Of a stretch of 64,000 nucleotides of DNA, positions 10,016 through 19,489 are shown piece by piece. The stretch spans positions 297,208-361,207 of the forward strand of contig CAWEPK010000010.1 of assembly GCA_963810935.1 (NCBI GenBank). The letters are read 5' to 3'. The notes under the pieces are model-generated. The model saw nothing but the letters and a program-made list of their open reading frames with translations, did no database searches and had not been told where the DNA came from. Source of the stretch: an uncultured delta proteobacterium. GTDB taxonomy: Bacteria; Desulfobacterota; Syntrophorhabdia; Syntrophorhabdales; WCHB1-27. Within the stretch, counting starts at the first letter, position 1. Each line of letters starts with the position of its first letter. The translations under genes and the position numbers were made by a program.

Positions 10016-11081
10016 ATGAGAAAGACCGATATAGGACCCCCCGACTTCAAAACGATGCTCCCCGACGTGATCAAGGACAACTACGGCAAATGGAAGTACC
10101 ACGAGATCGTAAAGCCGGGCGTCCTCCGCCATGTCTCGGAATCAGGCCAAGAGGTCTACTCCATCCGTGCAGGCTCCCCCAGGCTCGTCTCTATAGACTT
10201 CATAAGGGACCTCTGCGATGTGGCCGATAAGCACTGCAACGGCCACCTCCGCTTTACAAGCCGCCACAACATAGAGTTCATGACCCCGGACAAGATCAAA
10301 GGTGGAGCCTATTATCGCAGACCTCACAAAACTGGGCCTCCCCATAGGCGGGACGGGCAAGTGCATCTCGAACATCGTCCACACCCAGGGGTGGATCCAC
10401 TGCCACAGCGCGGCAACCGACGCATCGGGCATAGTAAAAGCAGTCATGGACGCCTTCCACGACCAGTTCACCGAGATGAAGCTACCGAACCACCTTCGGA
10501 TATCCCTTGCCTGCTGCATCAACATGTGCGGTGCGGTCCACTGCTCCGACCTTGCCATAGTGGGCGTACATACGAAGCCCCCCCGGCCCGACCATGAGAG
10601 GGTGCTCGCCCAGTGCGAGATACCTACAACCATACAGTCCTGTCCCACAGGGGCGATCCGAAGGCACCCGGATGCTGACATAAAGAGCGTGGTTGTCCGC
10701 GAGGACCTCTGCATGTACTGCGCCAACTGCTTTACCGTCTGCCCGGCCATGCCGCTTGCCGACGGGGATACGGACGGTGTCGCCATTTACGCAGGGGGCA
10801 AGGTGCCCAATGCCAGAAAGCCCCCGATGTTCTCCCGCATGGTAGTCCCCTACCTGCCCAATAACCCTCCCAGGTGGCCCGAGGTAGTGGACGTCCTCAA
10901 GAGGATAGTCGATGTCTATGCATCATCCGCCAGGCCGACCGAGAGACTGGGCGAGTGGATCGAGAGGATAGGCTGGGAGGCCTTCTTCAAAAGGACCGAG
11001 ATACCCTTCACCGAGCAGCACATAGACGACTTCACCCATGCAGTGGAGACTTACAGGACTACCACGCAGTTTAAGTGGTAG
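10016..11081 (+). CDS. dsrB: Dissimilatory sulfite reductase beta subunit, frameshifted near 10299
   Basis: [55 protein letters not shown]. An extra A in ATC-AAA-GGT splits the gene. Confidence 0.95.
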
Positions 11082-11230
11082 GGGGAATGATGCACTTTCT
11101 TCCTTTTTATGAGGGGGTGGCTCCGGCGGCTTCGCCGCTGGAGGGGGCGACGATAGCCCCGGTAATTGCCGACTTTACCCATGTAGTCGAGACTTATAGG
11201 ACTACCACGCAGTTTAAGTGGTAGGGGGAA
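11027..11230 (+). repeat. Direct repeat of the dsrB 3' end (11027-11087 and 11170-11230; 61 bp, 4 mismatches)
   Basis: cgacttcacccatgcagtggagacttacaggactaccacgcagtttaagtggtagggggaa versus cgactttacccatgtagtcgagacttataggactaccacgcagtttaagtggtagggggaa. Confidence 0.95.
11110..11170. repeat. REP-like double-hairpin element, copy 1
   Basis: 54/61 identical to 18169-18229; stems CTCCGGCGGC-TTC-GCCGCTGGAG and GGGGC-N7-GCCCC. Confidence 0.8.
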
Positions 11231-11249
11231 ATGATCAGGAGGTTTAACA

Positions 11250-11566
11250 ATGCCTAAGACAAATTAGGTGGAAAAGAAATAGAGATCGATGAGGACGGCT
11301 TCATCCAGGAGCCGGAGAAATGGAACAAAGAGGTGGCGGAAGACTTGGCAGTAACCGAGCATGCCTCTCCCATGGGAGAGGAACACTGGAAGCTCGTCAA
11401 CTATCTGAGGGAATACTACCTCAAGTATGAGATCGCCCCTCCCGTCCGTATGCTGGTGAAGCAGACAGGCTTAGACCTCAAGAAAATATATACGCTGTTT
11501 CCCGGCGGACCGGCGAAAGGGGCGTGCAAAATAGCGGGCCTGCCCAAACCGACGGGCTGCGTGTAG
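11250..11566 (+). CDS. dsrC: DsrC sulfur carrier, frameshifted near 11262
   Basis: AGGAGG RBS and ATG at 11250. Restoring one A gives MPKTKLGGKEIEIDEDGFIQEPEKWN. C-terminal GPAKGACKIAGLPKPTGCV keeps both Cys (CX10C). Confidence 0.93.
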
Positions 11567-11579
11567 GGGGCAATACGGC

Positions 11580-12482
11580 GTGAGTATTTTTCTGGCCATA
11601 TTGACCTATTTCGGTTACGTCTTCGTAGTGACCATGTACACGGTCAAGGCCGTGAAGTACGTGAGGCGCCCGCGTCACCTGAGATGGGACCTCTACCCGG
11701 TCATGCACGAGGAGAGGTACCGTTACGGCGGCTCTTATTTCGAGGAGATCAATGGTGCGGCCGGGGCGCGCAAGAAACACCGGCTGCGCAGCATCTTTTT
11801 CCTTTTGAAAGAATATGTGACTATGGGGGAGTACTTCAAGCGGCGAATAAGCTACTGGCTGGCCCTCTACCCCTGGCACATAGGCTTTATCCTGATAATC
11901 GGCTTCCACATCTGCACGTTCTTCGCCGCTGTCGTCATGCTCCTCGGCGTGCCCGTATCGGCAGGATCACCGGTTGCTGCGGGGCGGGTATTTTACTACG
12001 TCGTCCTCTTTACAGGCGTCGTAAGTTTCGTGAGCGGCATCATCGGAAGCATAGGGATGGTAATCAACAGGCTGACTGCCGCCGACCTGAAGGATTACGC
12101 GACCCCTCAGAACTACTTCACCTATATCTTTTGTCTCGCCATTTTCGGGAGCGGGCTCTACGCCTGGTACTTCGACCCGACTCTCTCGGAGTACAGGGAT
12201 TTCTGGGTCGGACTGATCACGTTCAAGCCCATTATGGTCGCTCCCGCGGGAACGCTCCATATAGTCTTATTCGACCTCTTTCTGGTTTATCTCCCTTTTA
12301 CGCGCTCGATGCACTATATCACCCGCATATTCGCCTTCCTCTTCATAAGGTGGGATGACGAGCCCAACCTGCGGGGAAGCCGCCTCGAATCCCAATTGAT
12401 CCGCCAGATGGGACAAGGGGTGAGCTGGGCGGCGCCGCACGTACAGACGGGCGGGACATGGGTGGACCAGGTGAAGTCATGA
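11580..12482 (+). CDS. DsrM/NarI-like membrane b-type cytochrome (first copy)
   Basis: Multiple TM helices, LRWDLYPVMHE, His in YPWHIG..FH and LHIV..SMHY; paired with the downstream Fe-S protein. Confidence 0.8.
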   Translation: MSIFLAILTYFGYVFVVTMYTVKAVKYVRRPRHLRWDLYPVMHEERYRYGGSYFEEINGAAGARKKHRLRSIFFLLKEYVTMGEYFKRRISYWLALYPWHIGFILIIGFHICTFFAAVVMLLGVPVSAGSPVAAGRVFYYVVLFTGVVSFVSGIIGSIGMVINRLTAADLKDYATPQNYFTYIFCLAIFGSGLYAWYFDPTLSEYRDFWVGLITFKPIMVAPAGTLHIVLFDLFLVYLPFTRSMHYITRIFAFLFIRWDDEPNLRGSRLESQLIRQMGQGVSWAAPHVQTGGTWVDQVKS

Positions 12483-12498
12483 AGGTTGGAATAAGTCT

Positions 12499-14097
12499 AT
12501 GAAGAAGAGAATAACTGTCCGGGACATGTCGAGAGCGGACCGGCAGCTTGCCACGCTTGCGCCGTCCGGCTTTATGCCGCTGCCTCCCCCTTACGACGGT
12601 CCAAACGTGATAGGCGAGCTTTCAGACGAGCAGAAGGCTCGGTACGAGGCCTCCCTCGACGGCGTCATAGCTGTAGGGGTGCGGAAACCGCAAAGCCCCG
12701 CCGAAGAAGAGGCGTTCTGCCGCGGCTTCCTCTCGGGCCTCGCGAAGCTCATGACCAAAGAAAACAACTGGACGTTCCTCCAGCCCCTGATGCATTCGCT
12801 GGACTACTGCGTCAAGTGCCAGCTTTGCAGCGACTCATGTCCCGCGTATCTGGGTAGCGGCAAGCAGGAAATATACCGGCCGACCTTCCGGCCGGAGGTC
12901 CTCCGCCGCATCATCAACAAATATCTCAAGGAAGAGGGCGGTCTGCTCCGCAAGCTGACCGCGAGCGACATCGAACTGAACTTCACCCTTCTGGCAAGGC
13001 TTGAAGAGCTTGCCCACAGGTGCACGCTGTGCCGCCGCTGCGCGCAGGTCTGCCCGCTTGGCGTCGATAACGCGCTGATCTCGCGGGAGATCAGGAAGCT
13101 TTTCAGCCAGGAGATGGGCATCGCCGCGAAAGAGCTGCACGAGCAGGGCACCGTGCAGCAGTTGAAGGTGGGTTCGAGCACGGGCATTACGCCCAAGGCG
13201 CTGGCCAACATCATCGACTTCATGGAAGACGACATAGAGGAGAAGACGGGCAAACGCATAAAGATACCCGTAGACAAGGAAGGGGCCGACGCCCTTCTCG
13301 TGCACAACGCGGGGGAGTTTCTCGCCTGGCCGGAAAACCCGGAGGCGTTTGCGATCCTTTTCGACGCGATGGGCATCGACTATACCCTTTCCAGCGATCT
13401 GGTAGGCTACGATGCGGTCAATTACGGCATATGGTATGATGATGTGCAGGCAGCACGGGTGGCGGTGCGCCACGCGGAGGCTGCGAAGCGCCTGAAGGTG
13501 AATAAGATCTACGTCGGTGAATGCGGCCATTCGCACAAGGCGCTCCTCGTGATCGCCGACCGGATACTGACAGGCGACCTCAATATACCGAGGGAAAGCT
13601 TCCTGCCTCTCATGGAGCGGTTCGTCACGAGCGGAAAGGCAAAGTTCGACCCGTCGAGGAACGCTTTTCCCGTGACCCTCCACGACCCGTGCAACATGGT
13701 CCGCCTTATGGGTATCGTCGAGCCGCAGAGGAAGATACTCCGGGCGATTTGCCCGGATTTCAGGGAGATGACGCCCCACGGCGTAGAGAACTACTGCTGC
13801 GGAGGGGGCAGCGGCTTTGCGATCATGCAGTCGATGAACTTCCCAGACTGGCGCAACGCCATATCGGGAAGGATGAAGATGAAGCAGGTCATAGAGGCTT
13901 TTGCTGATAGACCCGATCCGGGCGTCAAAAAGTACGTCTGCGCCCCCTGCTCGAACTGCAAAGGCCTCTTGAGGGACCTGATCACTTATCACGGCGCGTA
14001 TGAAAAGAGCGGCATATTCTACGGGGGCCTGGTAGAGCTTGTTGTCAATGCGATGGCGGACCTGAAGAAGCCGTACATCGATTGGGAATGGCACTAA
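12499..14097 (+). CDS. DsrK/HdrD-like Fe-S oxidoreductase (first copy)
   Basis: Two CxxCxxCxxxCP motifs, GECGH, HDPCN, CCGGGSG and CSNC (CCG domain). Confidence 0.85.
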   Translation: MKKRITVRDMSRADRQLATLAPSGFMPLPPPYDGPNVIGELSDEQKARYEASLDGVIAVGVRKPQSPAEEEAFCRGFLSGLAKLMTKENNWTFLQPLMHSLDYCVKCQLCSDSCPAYLGSGKQEIYRPTFRPEVLRRIINKYLKEEGGLLRKLTASDIELNFTLLARLEELAHRCTLCRRCAQVCPLGVDNALISREIRKLFSQEMGIAAKELHEQGTVQQLKVGSSTGITPKALANIIDFMEDDIEEKTGKRIKIPVDKEGADALLVHNAGEFLAWPENPEAFAILFDAMGIDYTLSSDLVGYDAVNYGIWYDDVQAARVAVRHAEAAKRLKVNKIYVGECGHSHKALLVIADRILTGDLNIPRESFLPLMERFVTSGKAKFDPSRNAFPVTLHDPCNMVRLMGIVEPQRKILRAICPDFREMTPHGVENYCCGGGSGFAIMQSMNFPDWRNAISGRMKMKQVIEAFADRPDPGVKKYVCAPCSNCKGLLRDLITYHGAYEKSGIFYGGLVELVVNAMADLKKPYIDWEWH

Positions 14098-14110
14098 GGG
14101 AGGGAGTGCT

Positions 14111-14446
14111 ATGGCAGAGCAAAAGGTGTTCGTATTGGGCCGGGAAGGGATAAGCGGCGAAGACGAAACACTCGGGTTCGAGATATTAATGGCAATGGTC
14201 CGGAGCCTCTCCAGCCGCGAGGAGCTTCCGGCCGCGATCGTTTTCTGGAATACGGCGGTGCGGCTTCTGACCGACGCGTCGCCCGTGTTGGAGCAGCTCA
14301 AGGCACTGGAGGAGAAAGGCGTCGCCCTGGTCGCCGGCAAGCTTTGTCTCAGCGAACTGGAGATAACGAATCTTGCCGTAGGCAAGGCCGGAACTATGGA
14401 CGACATCCTCGACCTGTTCAATAAGTACGGGGTGGTGAGCTTGTGA
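14111..14446 (+). CDS. DsrE/YedF-like sulfurtransferase-fold protein
   Basis: GEDETLGFEILM, IVFWNTAVRLLT, SPVLEQLKALEEKGV, a single Cys in AGKLC, LAVGKAGTMDDI. Confidence 0.75.
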   Translation: MAEQKVFVLGREGISGEDETLGFEILMAMVRSLSSREELPAAIVFWNTAVRLLTDASPVLEQLKALEEKGVALVAGKLCLSELEITNLAVGKAGTMDDILDLFNKYGVVSL

Positions 14447-14477
14447 TAAGAGGATTTACAGGGGCTTCCGGGGAGCG

Positions 14478-15458
14478 ATGACCCTCCCCCTTCTCTCGGT
14501 CCTCGGCCTTGCGGCCCTCGGCTGGGCGGGCGCGCAGCTCCCCGGCCTTACCGCTGTCGCAGTCCCTTATGCGGCCCTTCTGCTTTTCGCAGCAGGCTTC
14601 GTCTACCGTCTCGCTGCCTGGGGGACCTCCCCCGTGCCTTTTCATATCCCCACAGTCTGCGGCCAGCAGCGGTCCCTGCCCTGGATAAAGTCATCAACGA
14701 TCGACAGCCCTTCCACCCGGACGGGCGTCTTCTTTCGTATGGCCCTCGAAGTCCTGTTGTTCCGTTCCCTATGGCAGAATGACAGGATGGAGATGAAAAG
14801 GCACGAGAAGCTGATCTACGGCTCCAACCGCTACCTCTGGCTCTTCGGCCTCATGTTTCATTGGTCGCTCCTTATAATTCTCTTCCGCCACATGCACTTT
14901 TTCATGGAATTCCCCGGCATCAGTCGGGTCGAGTCGATAGACGGCTTTTTCCGCATCGGCCTGCCTGCCCTCTATATGAGCAACGTCTTCATCGCTGCGG
15001 CACTTATCTTCCTTTTCGCAAGACGCCTTACCCCCAGACTCCGCATGATATCCCTGCCGCAGGATTACTTCTCCCTTTTCCTTCTCATGGCAGTAATCGC
15101 TTCCGGCACGCTCATGCGCTATTGTTTCAGGGCCGACGTCGAGCGCGTCAAGGAAGTGGTGACGGCCCTCGTCTCCCTAAAGCCGATAGCCCCGGCCGGG
15201 ATAGGCGCGTTCTTCTATATCCATCTTTTCCTGGTATCAATTCTCTTCGCCTGGTTTCCATTCAGCAAGCTTATGCACGCACCGGGCGTTTTTTTGAGCC
15301 CCACCCGGAACCTGAAGAATGACAGCCGCGCGAGAAGGCACGTCAACCCGTGGAACTACCCCGTAAAGGTGCACACTTACGCGGAGTATGAGGAAGAGTT
15401 CGGCAAGGCTATGGAGGAAGCAGGCCTGCCCGTGGATAAGGGGGGCACGCATGGCTGA
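14478..15458 (+). CDS. dsrM: DsrM membrane cytochrome b
   Basis: SPVPFHIPTVCGQQRSLPWI, LEVLLFRSL, FHWSLLIILFRH, FPFSKLMHAPGVFLSPTRN. Confidence 0.93.
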   Translation: MTLPLLSVLGLAALGWAGAQLPGLTAVAVPYAALLLFAAGFVYRLAAWGTSPVPFHIPTVCGQQRSLPWIKSSTIDSPSTRTGVFFRMALEVLLFRSLWQNDRMEMKRHEKLIYGSNRYLWLFGLMFHWSLLIILFRHMHFFMEFPGISRVESIDGFFRIGLPALYMSNVFIAAALIFLFARRLTPRLRMISLPQDYFSLFLLMAVIASGTLMRYCFRADVERVKEVVTALVSLKPIAPAGIGAFFYIHLFLVSILFAWFPFSKLMHAPGVFLSPTRNLKNDSRARRHVNPWNYPVKVHTYAEYEEEFGKAMEEAGLPVDKGGTHG

Positions 15459-17030
15459 GCCGAAACAGGAAGAGATGCTTCAAGGCATCGACTACAAGGC
15501 ATCCGGCTGGATGGCCCCATCCGCCCCTTTCCGCAAAGGGACATACTCCTACGGCGCGCCGGTCAAGCACCAGAAGTACCTGGAGCTGCCCAACATAAGG
15601 GAGTGGCAGCCGACGGATGCGGACTGGAAGCTCCCGGAAAACTGGAAAGAGATCGTCCTCTCCGGCATGAAGAAGCTCCTTGCCCGCCACCGCTCGTTCA
15701 GGCTTTACCTGGACATCTGCGTCCGCTGCGGCGCCTGCGCGGACAAGTGCCATTACTACATCGGCTCCGGCGACCCTAAGAACATGCCCGTCATCCGCGC
15801 GGAGCTTTTACGCTCCGTTTACCGCCGCTACTTCACGACCGGGGGCCGCCTTTTCGGCCGCCTGGCAGGCGGGCGAGAGCTTACCGAGGACGTGATCAAG
15901 GAATGGTTCTACTATTTCTACCAGTGCTCGGAGTGCCGCCGCTGCTCCGTCTTCTGTCCCTACGGCATCGATACCTGCGAGATCACGATGATGGGCAGGG
16001 AGTGCTCAACCTGGTGGGCATCAACATCCAGTGGGTGGTGGAGCCTGCCTCCAACTGTTTCAGGACGGGCAACCACTTAGGGATTCCTCCCCATGCAATG
16101 AAGGAGACCCTCGAATTTGCCGTAGACGAGCTGGAAGGCATAACAGGCATCAAGGTGGACCTCCCCATAAATAAAAAGGGCGCGGAAATCCTTTTTGTAG
16201 CCCCTTCGGCGGACTTCTTCGCAAGCCCCCACTGGTATACGCTTTTGGGCTACCTGGCCCTCTTCCATGAGATAGGCCTCGACTACACGTGGAGCACCTA
16301 TGCGTCCGAAGGGGGCAACTTCGGCCTCTTCCATTCTTCCGAGCTTGAAAAGCGCCTCAACGCAAAGATTTACGCGGAGGCTAAAAGATTGGGAGTCAAG
16401 TGGATACTCGGCGGAGAATGCGGACACATGTGGCGCGTCATCCACCAGTACATGGATACCATGAACGGCCCGGCCGACTTCCTTGAAGAACCGGTATCTC
16501 CCATAACCGGTACGAGGTTCGCGAACGCCCGCTCCACGAAGATGGTCCACATATCGGAGTTTTCCGCAGACCTCATAAAGAACGGCAAGATCACCCTCAA
16601 CCCGTCCCGGAACGACAAGTACAGCATCACGTACCACGATTCGTGCAACCCGGCCCGCGCGATGGGGCTTTTTGAGGAGCCCCGCTTTATCCTGAATAAC
16701 GTCGCAAACTACTTCTACGAGATGCCGGAGAACACAATAAGGGAAAAAACTTTCTGCTGCGGCGGCGGTGCGGGTCTTGGGGCCGACGAGAACATGGAAA
16801 TGAGGCTCAGGGGAGGACTCCCGAGGGCAAACGCGGTCAAATACGTACATGAGCGCCACGGCGTAAACATGCTCGCCTGCATGTGCGCCATCGATAAAGC
16901 TTCGCTCCCTCCCCTCATGGAATACTGGGTGCCGGGGGTCGAGGTATGCGGCGTCCATGAACTGCTCGGGAATGCCCTCGTGATGAAGGGGGAGACGCGG
17001 ACGACCGATTTGCGGGGCGAGCCGCTATGA
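15451..17030 (+). CDS. dsrK: DsrK Fe-S subunit, frameshifted near 16002
   Basis: CVRCGACADKCHY, DPKNMPV, CSECRRCSVFCPYGID, GECGHMWR, YHDSCN, CCGGGAG; one G is missing in GAG-(G)TG-CTC. Confidence 0.93.
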
Positions 17031-17404
17031 GACCGGCCGCCGTCATCATCGCCATCTTTTTGGTTCTCCTCGCCCTGCCCTTCGTCTATAATACGATAAG
17101 CAGGGGAGCGCCCCCTGTCCTCGTCCCGCCGCCCGGGGGCGAGAAACAGTGCGTCGAGCCGGTGGAGTACATGCGCAAGCACCACGTCGAGATTCTGAAA
17201 GATTGGCGGGATGAGCGCGTGCGCGACGGGAAGGTTGCATACGTCTCCTCGACAGGTAGGTCCTATACGATAAGCCTCACCGGGACGTGCCTTGGCTGCC
17301 ATTCCAACAAGGCGGAATTCTGCGACCGCTGCCACAACTACCTGCGGGTAGAGCCTAACTGCTTCGACTGCCATGTCGTGCCGAAGGCAAAGGGGGCCGG
17401 ATGA
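17027..17404 (+). CDS. dsrJ: DsrJ triheme cytochrome c
   Basis: N-terminal anchor, [17 protein letters not shown], three CxxCH (CLGCH, CDRCH, CFDCH). Confidence 0.93.
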   Translation: MRPAAVIIAIFLVLLALPFVYNTISRGAPPVLVPPPGGEKQCVEPVEYMRKHHVEILKDWRDERVRDGKVAYVSSTGRSYTISLTGTCLGCHSNKAEFCDRCHNYLRVEPNCFDCHVVPKAKGAG

Positions 17405-18105
17405 ATAGAAGAGACTTCCTCCGCACCCTCGCAATTATGGGTTTTGCCATCGTCGCTCCCGCCGATATACTCAAGGCTGCGCAGCCGGGCAGACGATGGG
17501 CGATGACGATCGACCTGTCCGCGTGCTCCGACGGGTGCACTGATTGCATCTCGGCCTGCCACACGATCCACAATGTACCCGATATCGCCGACCCCAAACG
17601 GAAGATACGGTGGATATGGACGTCGCCGTTCGAGGACCTTTTCCCGGAGGCCCCGGCCTATAAAATGCGCGGTCCCGTCCTCGCACTCTGCAATCACTGT
17701 GAGGAGCCGCCCTGCGTGCCCGTCTGCCCGGTCAAGGCCACATTCAAGAGGGCAGACGGCATAGTCATGATGGATTACCACAGGTGCATAGGCTGCCGGT
17801 ACTGTGTTGCCGCCTGCCCTTACGGGGCGCGCAGCTTCAACTGGGAGGACCCGAGGCCGTATATCCGCAAGGTCGATCCCGGATACCCCACCCGGACAAG
17901 GGGTGTGGTGGAAAAGTGCAATTTCTGTGAAGAACGGCTGGTAAAGGGGCTTATGCCCGCCTGCGTGGAAGCGTGCAGTAAGGGGCTTGCCTTCGGCGAC
18001 CTGAACGACAGCGGGTCTGCCGTAAGACGCCTTCTTTCATCGAGGCACGCGATGCGGCGGAAGGCCTACCTGGGCACGAAACCAGACGTGTTTTACCTGA
18101 TATGA
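17401..18105 (+). CDS. dsrO: DsrO periplasmic Fe-S protein
   Basis: Tat signal [45 protein letters not shown]. Confidence 0.92.
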   Translation: MNRRDFLRTLAIMGFAIVAPADILKAAQPGRRWAMTIDLSACSDGCTDCISACHTIHNVPDIADPKRKIRWIWTSPFEDLFPEAPAYKMRGPVLALCNHCEEPPCVPVCPVKATFKRADGIVMMDYHRCIGCRYCVAACPYGARSFNWEDPRPYIRKVDPGYPTRTRGVVEKCNFCEERLVKGLMPACVEACSKGLAFGDLNDSGSAVRRLLSSRHAMRRKAYLGTKPDVFYLI

Positions 18106-18118
18106 GGGCAATAAATGA

Positions 18119-18279
18119 CCCTGCTGCTTGCAGCAGGGTATCCAGGACAACGAGCTAAGGCGAGTCTTTGAGGGGGAGGCTCCACCGGCTTTGCCGGTGG
18201 AGGGGGCGACGCTAGCCCCAGTAATTGCCACGGAGCGAAGCGAAAAGAGGTCTCCCTGCAGCAAGCTGCAGGGAATCCA
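18119..18279. repeat. Composite intergenic palindrome array containing REP-like copy 2 (18169-18229)
   Basis: CCCTGCTGC-TT-GCAGCAGGG-TATCCA (18119) and CCCTGCAGC-AA-GCTGCAGGG-AATCCA (18254) flank the 61-bp element. Confidence 0.8.
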
Positions 18280-18300
18280 CCAGTTGAGGAGCGGCAGGCG

Positions 18301-19453
18301 ATGATTGAAAAAGGGCTGAAAGGCGGCGGCGCTTATTGGGTGTGGCTCTCCTTTCTTTGCCGCACTCACAGTTGCGGGCTTCATCGCCTGGCTTCAGCAG
18401 TGGGCATACGGCCTCGCCGTCACCGGCATGGGCCGGACGGTCTCCTGGGGGCTTTATATAGCCAACTTTACCTTCTTCGTCGGCGTAGCGGCATCTGCGG
18501 TGACCGTCGTCCTCCCTTACTACCTCCACAACGTAAAAGAGTTCAGGCGCATAGTCATCCTGGGCGAGTTCCTGGCCGTCTCGTCGGTCGTCATGTCGCT
18601 CCTTTTCATTATCGCGGACCTAGGCCGTCCGGACCGCGCATTCAATATGATCGTCCACCCGACGCCCACGTCCCTGCTCTTTTGGGACATGATCGTCCTC
18701 AATGGATACCTCATCCTGAACCTCGTGATCGGCTGGTCCACCCTGGACGCGGAAGCCAAAGGAGAGAAGCCGCTGGCATGGGTCCGCTTTTTTATCATTT
18801 TGTCGATCCCGTGGGCGGTCAGCATCCATACGGTGACTGCCTTTATTTACCAGGGGCTCGTTGCCCGCCCGCTCTGGCACAGCGCTTTGTGGGCGCCGCG
18901 ATTCCTCGCCTCGGCCTTCGCCTCCGGCCCTTCCCTGCTTATCCTTCTGGCCCTCTTCCTCAAAAAAGTGAGCCGCTTCGACGCAGGGTCGGATGCAATC
19001 CGCAAGGCGACGACGATAGCCACGTATGCACTCCTCGTCAATATATTCCTGCTGCTGGTCGAGCTGTTTACGACGATTTACGCTGCCGTGCCCGAGGACA
19101 CGGAATCGCTGAAGTACCTTTTCTTCGGCATCGACGGGCACAATGCCCTCGTCCCCTGGATGTGGGCTTCGATGGCGCTCATGGGCCTATCTGCATGCGC
19201 CCTTCTCTTCGAGAGGCTGCGGAACAACGAGGCTGTTCTCGTCTTTATCTGCCTCGCCATATTTATAGGCGTCTGGATCGATAAGGGCCTGGGGCTGGTA
19301 GTGCCGGGCTTCATCCCCTCCCCCCTGGGAGAAATCATCGAATACGGCCCCACGTTCCCTGAATGCCTCATCACGGCAGGGGTGTGGGCATTAGGAGCGC
19401 TGATCGTGACGGTGATGTACCGTGTAGTCGTGAGCGTCAGAGAAAGTGCTTAG
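18301..19453 (+). CDS. dsrP: DsrP (NrfD-family) membrane subunit, frameshifted near 18357
   Basis: MIEKGLKGG..YWVWL joins GLAVTGMGRTVSWGLYIANFTFFVGVAASAV, WAVSIHTVTAF, APRFLASAF if one extra T is removed. Confidence 0.92.
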
Positions 19454-19489
19454 TTTTCTTTTTGCTTTTAGAACAGGGAGGTAGTGGTT

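Noticed and set aside
11027..11230. CRISPR-like repeat-spacer-repeat
   Set aside because: Only two copies, 61 bp long, derived from dsrB coding sequence; no cas genes or arrays in the window.
11082..11249. A dsrD gene between dsrB and dsrC
   Set aside because: The gap is only 168 bp and is filled by the repeat and hairpin element; there is no ~80-aa Lys-rich winged-helix ORF.
12835..14421. Long antisense ORFs (e.g. 528 aa here, 482 aa at 21769-23217, 466 aa at 60907-62307)
   Set aside because: They are shadows of well-supported genes on the opposite strand in GC-rich DNA and have no motifs.
14111..14446. Oxidative (reverse) Dsr pathway inferred from a DsrE-like gene
   Set aside because: There is no dsrF, dsrH or dsrL and the protein is YedF-like; direction cannot be assigned from this gene.
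16870..16900. CAID instead of CxxC in DsrK as an inactivating mutation
   Set aside because: I recall Asp at this position in other DsrK proteins and cannot show it is abnormal without an alignment.
10290..18360. Programmed ribosomal frameshifting in dsrB, dsrC, dsrK and dsrP
   Set aside because: Shifts go in both directions, lack slippery heptamers, and similar breaks hit unrelated genes.
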